Source of the DNA: Ascidiella aspersa
Taxonomy: Eukaryota
Direction: 5' to 3'
Assembly (NCBI GenBank): GCA_963924565.1
Contig: OZ004607.1
Coordinates: 27,714,001-27,778,000 of the forward strand
Length of the DNA: 64,000 nt
The notes under the pieces were generated by a model, which saw only the letters and a list, made by a program, of their open reading frames with translations, was not told the origin of the DNA and ran no database searches. The first letter of the stretch is position 1, and each line of letters begins with the position of its first letter. This document shows positions 34,357-48,170 of this stretch, one piece after another. Position numbers and translations under genes: made by a program.

Positions 34357-37300
34357 CTATGAAGGCGCCGACACTTGAGTCCTCGATATCGCCAGTGTCC
34401 GGCGGTAAGCTGGCGACGGGAGCGACAAAGTTGAGGTACGCAGGAGAAGAAGCGAGTGGAGGTTGGCCAGCGCGAGGCCCAACACTACGCACAGCGCCAA
34501 CAGGGGTCCAGTCGGTCCCGACAGGCGGGCCGCCGCCGCCCCAGACGGCCCCGGATTAGAGGCGATCGGGTTACGACCACATCCCGACGCCGCGTCGGGT
34601 TCCACCGGTTCCCAGAGCTTGACGACCTCGAGTGAAACCCCGGGTGCGTCGCCGCGCAGAGCGTGCATACGCCGCACGTCTTCTAGAGCGGCGCGCGCCG
34701 CCAGTGTGAAGTTCACGTCGCCCGTCGTCACCAGGTCAAAGACGCACGAGTCAAAGTAGAAGTTGAACGAACCGGGCGCCGCGGCCGCATCGCTCTGCGC
34801 GTTTTTGGCGCACGGCTTATCACTTACAGCTCGCCTTGAGCGCGTACGTCGCTTTCTCTTGCGCCGCTTACCGCCGCCACCGCGCCTCGTTCTCCGTGAA
34901 AGTGTTGGTTGCGAGGCGGTGCGCGTCTTCCTCTGGTTGCTGGATGAAGGTACGAGGGAGGAGAAGGCCAGCGACGAGGAAGCCTGGATCTTGTTGGCGT
35001 CGTCGCCGAACGAGCTGGCGTGCGATGAGGAACCTGAGACGCGCTCGGGTGGAAGTTGGACCCCAGTTACTGCCAGTATGATCTCCTTGCACTTGCCCCT
35101 TGCCTCGACCTCGGTGAACTTGCGAATCCCGGGCGGCGAGTTCTTTCTGAGCGGATTGTCAGGTTTCAAGGCGGGGCTTCCATCGACGCTCTTGTTGATG
35201 TTTTTAAGGAGGGTGGACGGCGACATGGCCTGGGCGTCGGGACAGCCCTGGTCGCAGAGCTGGTGCTGGGACTCGACCCCGGCCACGAACTCGCGCGGCG
35301 TGCGGATGGCGAAGGTGAGGGAGGTGTCCACGCGCCGGATGACCACCGTGGTGCCGATGAAGCCCGCGCTGATCTCGACGCGGTTGCGGGCGTGAGACTC
35401 CTCTAATATAGAGACGCTGCCCGTCTTCGTCGACCCGTCGGTGAAGGCCTTGGGCAGGTTTTTGCTCGAGGCCGAGTACAACTTGCGCCCGGCGCACATT
35501 CCCGCCTCCTTGAAAAGGACCGTGATCTGCGGGGGAGAGAAAATGTCGTGAATATGACGAAAAACGTTATTAAAGCTAAAAGCGTAACTATATCGAAGCG
35601 CGTACATTGGTGAGGATATTTTAACGTTTGAAATCATTGTTTAAAATGCATAAAAAATACACAAATTGTACTTGCTGTTTGCCCTTCAACACAGTCCAGT
35701 TCAAAATTGTCCATTGAAATATATAGGAGTGTTAAATTATAGATAAGTCCAACGTTAGAATTTACTTAAGACATCACAATCGCAAGCAACTGTGTTGTAA
35801 TGACTAAAGTCATTGACTCGAGTGCACTGAATTTTGTTTTCAAATGACTTGACTGCGACTTAAGTCATTTCGAAATGACTTGTTTACAACACTGGCAAGC
35901 AAGTCAAAAACAAACCGGGTTAAGGAATTTCCGAATAGTAAATATAAAAAATAGGGCCTAATCAGAGTGCGACAAAGGCCAAAATTAAATGCGCCAAAAA
36001 AAACGCGCAATCAGACGCGGAAATCCTAATCCAATCGGTCGGGATCGCGCGGGCGCTGGTGCTCGGCAAATCAAACTCACTTCACGCTCGGAAGGGTGAG
36101 AAAATGCGACGCGAAAACACACAAGCGAGCCGGGTGCGAACCAACGGTGGCCTTTGTCAGAGGGCCGGAATCGTGTCGAGGGCCCTTTGCTGCGCTCGAG
36201 TGCAATGCTTTGGGCGGACAGGCGGCGAAAACAACGCGGCTGGGGAACTGTCAGGAGCGCAGTCGACAGCGGCTTTGTTTTTGTTTCGCGGGGCGCGATG
36301 ATTAATGGCGTGCGGCATCACGGTTTACTTGCACGACCGCCATAAGATAACTGTATATTTCGTCAAAAGGAAGTCACACCTTGGCTGTTCGGCCGGCACC
36401 TGGTTGAAAAAACTCACAGGAAATCGATTTCAGATCGTTTCACTCATAGCGGGAAATTTAAGCGAATTGGCGTATTTAACAAATGAGAGGAGGTTTGCTA
36501 TCAACGGTCGTTGATCCTTTTTGCTTGGTTAAGCGTATACGCCACCGCTTCCGTCTGCCACAACAGCTGCCCACATGATTCCAAAAATGGGCAATGAGTT
36601 TTTTTCAGCGCGAATGCCTTGGATTCGCGACTTGTCTAATAACACGCCCCATCCCTTGTCACCCAGGAGTAGCCTCTGCAGTTTAGAGAAGGCGAGCTTG
36701 TTGATTTGCTCGGCTGCGGTCTCTGGCCTAATGTTGTTGGGCCGACAACGTTCATCTGGTTTAAATCAACGCTCTAAAAGGACGCGGAAACCGGTCGGTG
36801 CGAATCCGGCAAAGACGCCATTCAGCGTTAGCCGGGCATCCAGCCGATTTAACAAGCAGGCCCAGCATGCCACTGTGTGTATGTGTTGTGTATGTGAGCG
36901 TCGCTAGCGCGGGTGAGTGTGTTGTTGTGGAGGCATTTTTGGAAATATACGCCGATGAAAGCTGTTTAAGTATGGTACACGACAAAAGCGAGCGAAATTG
37001 CGAGGCGATGAAGAGTTAATGCGGGAGCGCCTCACGGCAGACCTTTTTAGCGGAAATCGCCGCGACCGGGAGTCTTGGTCGATCGCCAAAGTCGGTTACT
37101 TATTATCATGCGCGACTTTTACGACGCGCTTGACATTGTTCCAGTCGCGCGGCACATCACGACCTTGCCGCCTGGCGCTGCCCGCATACGAGCGAGCGTG
37201 TTTTCATAGAAGACGGGAGGGAATTTTTCCCGAGTTCCGGCGCGTCTGTCGAGCGGTTTAGTTTAACTTTGCAGCCGCGGTAAAGGCAAAACACCAGGAC

Positions 37301-40300
37301 GCCGCCGGAACCAGCGCTTGGCTAAATGACGTAACCAGATAGTCGCGCAAAATAATACATCAGTCACTGAGCGCGCGGCCACTTTCAGGCCGCTTAACGT
37401 CACACGCCCAACGCGCCACCGAAGACAGATAAATTGCCTTTTGGGGCCATTTTTCACGGCGGCCCGCAATTACGCCGCAACGGGCGTAAAGAGAAGGGTG
37501 ATTGAAACCCTAATGTAGAAAAAAAGGGCGCGATTTTGCTTTTTCTCATTTCGCTGCGGCCCAAGTAGCTGTAAACGATGATGAATTCGCTGAGCGGATC
37601 GGGTTTGAGCGCACCCAGAGGGCCGCTGAGGGTCGTCTGTGCAAAGGCGGCCCGGTTCGCTTTATTTTGCTCGCACGAATGACGTCACGAGTGCTCTTGA
37701 GCGTCACTCGTGTCGGTCGAGGGTGTGAAGTGGCGATCGGCGAGGTGCAAAGTTTCGCGATGCGGCCGCGTCTGTTGTTCACCGCCACTGCGCCGCGAGT
37801 TGCTTAGCGATCGGGTTCGTTTTGCTCTTTAAGCTTCTGGAACATTCTAATGCCGTTCGCCAATCAACTGAACCTTATGCAGCTCTAAACGCACGCACCG
37901 TCCTTACGTCGCATCTGTTGCAGTTTTGCGGCGAAGATCACGTGTACGGGATTATAGGGTCGGAAGAATTTGAAGTGGGCCGTTTCCAGGATGCGGCGTC
38001 CAAACACAGTTGGCCCTCGACGCCCCCGAATGGGATTAAATCGACTCGAGTTCACACTTGCGCCACTCCAAAGGCAGCAGCAGCGCTTGCATAATAACAC
38101 TTTGACGAGCGCGCAATCACTTCAGAAACAAAACATCATACGCGGATTAGGGCTAATCGCAAAAGCAAACGCGCGATATTTAGAAAACGCTTGACAGCTA
38201 GGCGGCTCCGATAAATGGTTCGCCCAAGGAAGCCAGTAATCCCGACTGACTTGGAGTTGAACGGCAATTCGATACGTACAGGATTACCTTCAACGGCGCA
38301 CTGGGATGGTAGCAACAGTAAATGGTATTTGTCGCATCCAAGTTCGTTTCAAAGATAAATATAAACAACTTGATAAACAATTTTGAGGTGACATTAAAAA
38401 TGCAAAAATGCTCAATGATCTTCACAGACCGGATGCGATTGATTTTCGGTAAATATTCTGTCGCGAATCTGCGTTTTCCGGCCAGAGGTTGAATGACAGG
38501 TCGTTGCCATTGCAATTTAAAGGAGGCCGCAAGTACTCAAGAAGTTCCGCCAATTGGCACGTACAGTCGTATCTGGGGCCAGCGGCGTTTCCAAGGACAG
38601 GCGAGGCGTGCACTTAGCGCGGCCAGAAGGCGATGTTTTTCGAAAAGCCTGCGACACCTGCAATTTCCCCCGACTACGAAATCACAAGCTTCAAGAATGT
38701 CGCCCTTCGCGACCCTCGCCGCTAAAGAGAGAGAAAGAGCGAAGGCATGGAGGGGAAACGACACGAGAAAGCAAAGTCGTGTACTCTTTGAAGGAATAAG
38801 GGCGCGGTCCCAACAAATGGACGTGTGTTTTGGACGATTATTCGGCAATTCTGTTTTGCCCAAGGTCATGCACCCAAACAACCTTTTATTGAAAAAGAAG
38901 TTCTGGGTGGGCAATCCTTTATAAAGTGCGAAATAGTCAATGTCAGGAATACATTTATTTAAACCGCCTTTCATGAATTAACTTCCACTATACAAATTGA
39001 AGACTATTACGCTACACAGACTGAGCCATGCTTTAAACGCAACAAGGCAATGTATAGAGACAATGCGCTATAAATGTGTGATTTGTGCGTGTGCGGAATG
39101 CGCCACTCCTACATATCTTTTCAATTGTCACAGCACGGAACAACATCTCCTATCGTCGCTGTTTCACGTCCAAAGTAACCCGAGATCGCCCGCCGGCGTC
39201 TGAGCCCTTTTGTTAGGTCAGACTGGGCATTGGATGTTGCGTGTCTGCGCCAAACAATGGTCCAGGAATGGAAGCACCTGTTTCCCACTTTGATCGTCCG
39301 CCGACACGCCCAAGGTGCATAAATATTTTCGCGAGCTGACGTACGATACCCAGGGACGTGCCCGATGGCCGGGGTTTAACGAAATAAGCGCATGAGTTTC
39401 TTCGCATTTGTCCAGGGGTTGACTTACACCGATGTCAACATGAATCTTAAAACTGAACCTAATCCTAACCGAAGCTTAAACAAATAAAGGGCATTCTAAT
39501 GGCTCCGTCAAACGCGAAGCACGGTTCACAGAATAAATCAAACAACTTGTACGCTGTATTGTTTTCCTGTGGCTGTAACACGGCCTAAACTCGCTGTCAA
39601 TTCAATTAAAACGACAAGGATTCGAGAGATTCAAGGAGCTTGACAGGTTGGATGAGGTTTTAACGAGTTTCGCGACAAAGCATGCGGGCTCGAATGTCCC
39701 GAACAGCTAAGAACGCGGCAACTTAACAGGCGACACGGGAGAGCTAGAATCGCCAGGGTTCATTACAACTTTCAGTAGGTGCATCTGGCGTGTAGTTGCG
39801 AGCCAGAAATACCAGGCGTCCCTATATAGCCAGCACGATCGCCTACGACAAGCGGACCACATTTAAACAGGCGACTGAAGCAAATAGATACAACAGGAAG
39901 AAAAAGTGCGCCCAAAACTGCGCGTTTTCGGGTTCACGAGCGGCGGCTAAGTAGCGTGAGAGCAAGCCGCTTTACATGGCAGTCGAGTTACGCAAGAGCT
40001 GGCTCGTGAGAGGCCGGCCGGAAGAAGCGATGGGGCTGTCATTTTGGCAGCAACCCCACAGCTTTTCGGCGGGTTAATTTGATGGCGCGACGTCGCAAAC
40101 AAGAAATTCAACACCTGTCGGCCTAAAACCCGGCACAGGGCGCGCCCGGTCTCTGTCCAAGGGGCCCAGTTGACTGACAAGTGGGGTTAATGGGGTTTTG
40201 CGGGGGTTACGGCTCAAAGTAGGGCGGGAAGAAAGCGAACTAGTCCACCTTTGACATGTAGTGAAAAGTAACGATGCACAATCTAAGCGAGTCGATTTAA

Positions 40301-43300
40301 TTAAAGGAAACCACTTCTACTTGATATTTAGAAAACGAGAACAATTAACCGCGAAAAGGCGTTTAACCGTGATTAGACGGCGAAGAACGAATATATCTTT
40401 AAATGAGTGTCTGGTCGGGCAATTTTCGGGCCGGACGATTCCGGGTATCTTTAGCTGAAATCGTGTCGAACGAACACAAATCCGGTAATAATTGCCGCTT
40501 TTGATCAGCGCCGTGCTTACGTGAGCATATCGGTCGTCATAATTGCGGACGACCCGCAAGCGTGACTTCGCAAATTCCGCGCTTCCTACAACCGCCAATT
40601 AGGCTAATTGCGCCAAATAAGACGCGCGTAAAGCAAGCCCGCGGTAAAGTCCCGTGCTCCGATCGACAAATAGCCAATGATCGGCCGAAAAGTGCTCCAT
40701 CGCGAACGTAAGAACTTTGCCAACCACCGGGCCCTCGAGAAAGTGTTACAAGTAGCTGTGCGGTGCTGTTATGAACGGGCGTGTCTCAAGTAAGCCTGCT
40801 GTGGCTTTGATGTGAAGCTCATATAAGCGCCGGCGCACATAAAAATCGACTCTTGAGAATCGTTCAGCATAGGCGAGTCGTCGACACAAACACCTTGTGC
40901 GTGGTAAAGCTTGGCGCACAGAGCGAAAACACGTTGACCGTGGGTGTAACTACTTGAGATATGCTGGAATGCCGAGTATTCCAAACGCCCGACAAGAATT
41001 CGAAACCTCAAGTTGGCAATTTTGTTTTAAAGAGCAAAACCAACCGCAAGTTAAGATACGCTAAAAGGCAGGTTTTATAAACTGGCACCCTGCACAAACA
41101 TGATCAAGCCGATAAAAGTGTACAGTAATACCGAATGTATTTGCTGCGAAAACCCGTTATTTCAAACGCAGTGAGGTCACTTCTCAACAAGGCCGATCGC
41201 AGAAGCGACGTACATCTCTTCTCATCTCTGCGCGTTGGGAATTAACTCGAATCCCTCAATACAAACAAGTCGGCGTGATGTAGCGAGAAGCGCACGCAAA
41301 GGGAGTTCGACTTGAAGACCCGCTGACCCCTCGGCGTGTCGAAAACCAAGCCGCGTTCAAAGCCCACCTCTGTACGATCTTTAACCCTCTAAAGACGCAA
41401 GTAGCCGAAGGACGTATGGCAAAACAAAACAAGCAGGCGCCCATCAATGCACCAACATGCGAAAAACGCAAAACGCGGCAAAACGCGGCAAATAGCCTTG
41501 GTAAGCGGCAAATAGCCTTGGTAAGCGGCAAATCTATAAATCAGCGATGAATAATCCGATGTTTTTCTTCCAACAGCGTTCGCAAGTCGTGAATCAGCCC
41601 CAAAGTGTCGACGGCTGGTGGTCGGTGTTCCGGCCGGTTGCTTTGCCAGGTGATGTGGGTGGTCCAGGGGCGGAAGGCTTGGGCGCGCGCACGCAGCTTG
41701 CTAAATACGACCTGACAGGCCTGACCCGGCGGGCTTCGATTTCAAAACCGAACCGAAACTCGCTCGCAACAGCAGCGAAGGCCTTTTAGTCGAGAGGTTT
41801 GGACGCGAGCAAACAACGCGGAAGTAAGCCCCCCCTCCCTCCCCCACCGCGGGTCGGGTCTGTTTTGTTTCGCCACGCAAAGGTGAAAACACGCCGCATA
41901 ATTGGGTTTCAGAAAAAGTCAACGTATACCTAACTAACGGCCGGGAGGAAACTGGAATGTTGTTTTTTGAGTGTTTGTGTTTTTCTATTTGATCGGCAGG
42001 AAAACAAGCGTAATTTGCGCGGCGCAGCGAAAAAACGCCCCTGGCACCGTCCCCATTAAAGCGGGGGTCGAGAAAGGGACCGGCGCCATTAGGGCCGACC
42101 CCTAAGGCCGCTAATAGCTGTTTGTTCCTTCTGAGCAGGCGATAAAAATAGCAGACGCCATCGTCGGCCCTTATTAGCATAGGGTCGAGGGGTGGCGACG
42201 AATCCACAATCTACGAGGCCCTAGCCGCAGCAGCAGCGTGGTGTGGTATGATGGTGCTGCCCCGGCAGTTTACATTGCTCTAATATTTAACGACGCGCTC
42301 GCCCGGTTACGATCCGCTTGCCACCGTGTTTAACTTGGCCCGGGCTCCTTGCAAATAAACTCGAGCTTCGCTGCCGGATTTGGTTTGCCACCAATGCAAC
42401 CATTCGATGATAGGGCCACACACGAGTAAGGCTTTAGGTTAATGCGGGTCACAAAAACAAGTTAATTATGTCATATAGGGCGACGTGTTTCATTTTCTTA
42501 AGTTTAAATCGCAAGTTATAATGATAATGGTCAGTTTGGTGTAACTGCGAATACTTTACCCCGAAAAAATTTGTAATCGTTTCCCAAGGGCGTAGAGCCT
42601 TCAAAGAAGCTAAACAAGGTCGTTGCTTGGAGCAACACAATCATCGTCAACCCTTTTGCGTCGTAGGTTTACGACTTCGCAAATTTCGGGGACCTGTGCC
42701 TGAACAAAGCTTCGAGTGTACTTTGCACAAGTCGCGGCTGCTTTAGCGAAACGTTGAACTTTGCCAATCATGAAATATTTTCTGACACGCATTAAAATAA
42801 AGAGCGCTATACGATTATAAAACTTCACGCTGTTTGTTTGTTCAGGGACAGGTGCAACCCAATTTCCGCAGCCTTAATGGTTTAATATGAAAGGTTCAAA
42901 AAAGCTAATAAAATCGTATAATAGGCCATGTTGTTGTACAACCATTTTAAACAGCAACTCTACAAACACTCAAGAATATAGTCCGTAAGCAACACTATAT
43001 AATGAAGTAATGTGTGCTCGGTGTTTATGCAGTTATCGGCCAAAAATGTCAGAAATGTGAATCGCAGGCGAAATGCTTAAACTGCTTCGCCAATTAGCGA
43101 AAATCGTTTAACTACATCCCGGTGCCGGCCAGAACGTTGGGCCCGAGGTTGTAGTGGTTAATGCGCTTTAAACGCACCGCAACATCCCGATTCGCGGCAG
43201 GGCAAGTGGTTAGCCGCAGTCCCAAAATATTAATCAGCAGGCGCCGGCAAGAGAAATAGCCACGGAGTCGCGCTGCATATTTGACTTTGCGCGCGATCCT

Positions 43301-46300
43301 TTGTCTCTGCGCGGCGATCCGGCGATGGGAGACAAGAACGAGATCAAAGGGAGGAGGACAATGGACGTCCCACACCGCTCCGGCGCCTTTCATCAGCGGC
43401 GGATCCGGGAATTTTAGGAGGACGGAAAATCTTCGCGAGGTGACAAAAGGAAACCTCGCGAACAGATCTCTCTCGCGAGCGCGGGCGACAAACGGGGCGA
43501 TTGCCAAGAAGCGCGATTATGAATGGCGCGCGCGCTATCTGATGGGCCAGGTACACGCGCAAACACACAAAACGCGTACATACATATGATCTCTTTCTCT
43601 GCGCTGCGCGCTCTATATCTGGCGTTCCGCGCCTGGCCGCCCTGGCTAATGTTCAACCGGTCGGACCGCGGCCTTTTACGCTCCTGCGACGATCTGTCTA
43701 ACTCGCAAATATAGAATCGGAAACGGCTCTGTGCGATTGAAATCTTTCCCTTCTCTTCGACCGGAATAATTACGCTCGCAAATTGGCTAAACGAGGCCGT
43801 GTCTTGTTGTCGGCCGCTCGGCAATGCAAACGCTAGAATTTAAACCGAGCTTGGCGGGGAGCGGGTCGTAAGGATTTTACAACGCGATTTCAGCTCATAC
43901 GGTCGTCGCTGAACAAATAGTAAGAAGTAGTTTCATTTATCGCCAAATAAAAACCCACAGCATTTGCGTTGGCGACATACTACTGCTGAACGTTTAGTTT
44001 ATAACAGATATGTTTACGCATCTAGTTCAAAGGCAACAAAGAGAAGCCCAATAATACGACTCGACCATACAAAAACGAACTGGTGAGTAAGAGTTTTAAA
44101 AATAGCAAAAAAAAATATAAAAAGTTGCACAATACGAAAGAACAAATCGTCGAGACTAACCTTGGTGATGACGGTGGCCGAGAATCCCTCGCGGACCGGG
44201 ACGCTTGTCGCCATGACGACCATGTAGTCGTTGTTGATCAGCGGCCAGGTGCCATTAACCTTGCACGTGTAGAAGCGGTCGCCAAAGGTGCGCAGGTGCG
44301 GGTCGCCGAACATGCTGCAGTACACCATATCGGAGCGGCCCCGGTAAGTGCACGCGCTGCCCTCTATGACGTCATTGTTCTTGGCCGTGACGCGGACAGG
44401 CGTCGACGGCGCTGCTGTGCTAAGATTCCGCGCTGGCGTCGGGGTTCGACGGACAGGCGGCGATGTGGTGGCTACGTCGGCGGTGGACTTAATAGCCTTG
44501 TCCATGTTATAGCAGTCCTCCTCGAACTTTCGGTTGCTGTAGCCTTGCATGCCGTGGAACTGCAAGTCACCGCGACAACGCTTCTCCATGTTGGCCAGGC
44601 AGCGTACGTAGCGACGCAGCGCACGGCACCGCTGCAGGCTCACCGGGCCAAGGTTTTCCGGGCTCTCGTGCTTGGGAATTTTCAGGCGACGGTCGACGCG
44701 GTTGAAGCGGTCCACGCAGCGGAACAGGTCGCACGTTTTGTGCTTCTTGTGATGACGGGCAGAGGCTAAAAAATAGGGAAAAAAACGACTTTTATAACTA
44801 TAATTGGGTTTTATCTGGGCTTGTGTTTAGAGTTCTTGTATAAATTGTTATACTGATGAGATTAGCTAGTATCGGGTGACGGAAGGTCGGTTAATAACTT
44901 TCTTTACGAGAAGAGCGATTTTTTACAAATCCATTCTTTTTTATCTATCAATTTGGAACGTCCATTTTTGCAAATGCATCCTAAATTATGTACTTCGGTG
45001 CATATAGATTAACATAACATTTAGAATTGTAAAGTATGAAATCCTCAATGAAAATAATTTGACTCAACAAAGTTGTTGAACAAACAGAAATGTAAAATAC
45101 AATGGTTAACTAAGCATGTTTCTTAAAACCCTTATAGCGAGTTGAGCCAAAACGCGATGTAAATCCTATCGCCACAGTAATACTGGGAAGTTAATCTTTC
45201 AAGTCAGCCCGCGTTGGATCCATTGCAATGACATCGCGTCTGCGTCAGCTTAAAACATCCAAGCGCACTCTGGTAATCCGCTGGAAATAGATCCAGGCGG
45301 CCGTAAAACTGCGCGCAGTTGTGCCCGAATGAAAGAAAGCTGATCGGGCTTAAAATAGGACGGCCTTGCCAGCCTCCCTCGCTTACGCGAAATATCTCTC
45401 TTGCTCTGCAAAATCACTACACAGCCTAGAAGGTCTGGATCTGCGAGAGCGGTTGAGCCAGGGGGGAAGTGACGCTCGAAAGTAAACAAGAGCCGGCGAT
45501 AAACCTTATCCAAGCGCGTTTCGAGATCGCAAACGCCTTTTCAGGCCGCTCTCTAGGCCGGCGAAAAAAAGCCGAGCGCTGCCATATGCGGTAAACAGGC
45601 ATCGCATCAGCATCTTGCCTGGATCAACAGCGGTTACGTGCCGCTCGCCAGGGCAAAGGCACGTAGCGGGGAGATGACAGCGGACCGGCCGGGGCTCGAG
45701 AACGTGCGCGATCGCCGGTACTAGCGTTTGCTTGCCGCGCAGAGCAAACAGTCGACCCGTCATCCCGATTTCGCTTCGCGCCGGTCAGATCTCTGCGCAA
45801 ATAGGCCAGCGGTCACGCGTGCTTGTTGGCTTTGCTTTAAAGCTGGACAGTCGCTCGGTCGCGCCCATCCCTGTTTTCGACTCGGATTCGGTTTTTAAGC
45901 GCGCGTAAGCGAACCAGCGATCGAACGGGAGAAGCCGAATCATCGATTCAAGCGCGGCGGTTTTATCTAATTGAAAATCGCTCAACGCCTGTACCGGCGT
46001 GTCTGTCAACGCGCCGCGAAGGTGTCAGGCAAAGCAGAAACGCAGCAGACAAGGAGCGATCGCTTAAGTTTGCTGATGTGAAGCGAGAAAGCCTGCGTTG
46101 CGCATACCAATTTAAGGGGAACCTCATATAAGGCTTAACCGTGCTGCTAAATAGGCACAGGAAAGGATCGGGGCAACTATAACAGGCAACCATTCAAATC
46201 CAATCTCGCCAGGTCGCACAATGGTATAGAGCAGCAAATAAGCGTGTCCGGAAGGCTGTGGTGTCGAAGCCGACCCGCGCTACAGTGACAACCCTGAATC

Positions 46301-48170
46301 CGTGCGAGATATTGCCTTTCTTGTCAATTCGGCATGAAGAGCCGGGGCTGGGCGCTGACGCCTCGCGGCCTCGGCTTGTTGTTGAACGGAAATCAAGGCG
46401 AGTTTACGAAAAGACCCGATTTGCGCTCGCGATTCACATCGGTGAGTTTGCAAGAAAGCTTGAAGATGGATAAACAATCACGCAGCCTAATCCGACGCAA
46501 CTTCCTAAATAAATCCGCAACAGACATAACAGGTAACGCGGGGAGAGTTCAGAAATCTAAAAGAAACGCGGTAAACACAGACGGCATGCGGCCTAAAATA
46601 TCAACAACAGAGACTAAATTGGAATTTTATAACGCATCTCAAACGATATAGTATCAACGCTGCCTATAAGTTCAGCAGCAAAGTCTAAAGAAAAAAATGA
46701 TTTTAGAAGACACTCGATTAATACAGCACCGAAATCGCCAAAAAATCAGTAGAAGTCGCAGAATTCACCTTGTCGATCGCCTTGTCGGTAGGTGCTCGCA
46801 GACAAGGTTTTAGGGGGTGTAGGCGAACCGGCGAATACCTGACGAGCGGCCATGCGTCGGCGACGTGCGGCTATTGCGAGCTGTTGCTCGGCTTAATCCC
46901 CAAAACGGATCGTGAGCCTTTGGCCCCAAACTGTGCGGTTAATCAAGGTGCGAAAACACGCACACCCACAGATAGCCCGGTATACGCGGCAGGGGCTTTC
47001 TTGAAGCAAGACACCGGAACTAACTTGTTTTTGGCGGGTCGCTTTAGTGTGGGGTCGAAACCCATGAACCGAGTGTTTCGGGATGCGGACTATAAACCAA
47101 TAGAGGGCCTGTTGGACTTGGCGGTAAATAGTCGCCTGAGCGAGCATTTCACACCGAATTGCACCGCCGCAATGCTTGCGATTTAGTGAAGCGCGCATAA
47201 ACAGCAGCCTTGAGCGCGGTCCATTAATCCCCATCGCACTTGCAATCGGGGTTAGGTTCCTCCAGTTAATTACAGCGCCACTGGGGCCGGGGTTGGATGG
47301 TTTAAAAAACGTTGATGCGCCCCTGCGAGTGCAACCCCCCTCCCCCCGACTAATCCCGAAAGCAAACACGCGGACGGGAAACTGGAACCGTTGCTGTTCC
47401 CCGATCCGGGGCCGAATCATCGGTGGTGCCTTACTGAGCTCAGCACCCGCGAGCCTCGCCCGCCTGCGACTCACTTGCGCAAACAGCAGCCAGCAGGTGG
47501 TTAATGAAACCCAAAACGGCGCGCCACTTATCACCCTATGGGCCACTAACTGTCTTGGAAAGCGACGGGAAACATTTACCGTGCGTCACCACCGCGTGTC
47601 ATTAAAGCGAGGGCCGTACCATGGCGAGAAGTGACGAAGAAAAGCGCTCAAAAAACGCCCGTGTCTTTAAAATAAGGCACTCCGATAGTTTGGATGGAAA
47701 AGAAATAACGGTCTCGGTGGACGAAATATGCTTTAACCGCTTGCCATGTATATTAATATCTATCTACCTTTAACCTGCTGGGTATTCAACGAACACGTTA
47801 AACAGATATAGACACGTATAAAGAAAAGTAAAACTAGGAATTGCTTTCATGCCACTTATTAACCTAACGTAGAGTATGCATTTTTCTGGTATCAAGTCAG
47901 GCCAGTTTTTTATCAAGAGGTAGGACAACTCAATTAAAAGTTTAAGGCGCCAATATTTTATATCTACAACTGGGTCAAAGGGTCAGCCACGAACAACTAG
48001 CTTTTGTGTGTTAAAGTCTGGGCCAGAATTTCAAGCACGAAACAAATTGTGGCATTTAACATTAACCGCAAATACTCACCAAGTTGAACTGAGAGCAGCA
48101 GCGCGAGCAAAACAAGAAGGAGTTTTGAATGCGTCGACCTGAGCAAGTAGCGACCGCTACCCATCCCCAT
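34357..48170 (-). CDS. RGM: Repulsive guidance molecule (RGM/hemojuvelin family; BMP co-receptor and neogenin ligand), 621 aa from MGMG
   Basis: Exons 48170-48080, 44765-44161, 35526-34357, phases consistent. Signal peptide, CRGDLQFH (RGD), CSMFGDPHLRTF autocleavage motif, TCKVNGTWPLINN, QLCDQGCP, CVFDLVTTGDVNFTLAA and a C-terminal hydrophobic stretch. The true start may lie further upstream. Confidence 0.96.
35790..35894. mobile_element. 105-bp hAT MITE with (GACTT)n subterminal motifs in RGM intron 2
   Basis: TIRs ctgtgttgtaa / ttacaacactg; perfect TSD gcaagcaa (35782-35789, 35895-35902). Confidence 0.8.

Noticed and set aside
34763-35406. Long + strand ORFs (210 aa, 116 aa) over RGM exon 3
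   Set aside because: Antisense shadows of a GC-rich coding exon; no independent protein features.
41487-41533. Short tandem duplications (also 12433-12482, 2708-2757, 19971-20010)
   Set aside because: Ordinary slippage duplications with no evident function.
44083-44769. 228-aa + strand ORF
   Set aside because: Antisense shadow of RGM exon 2.
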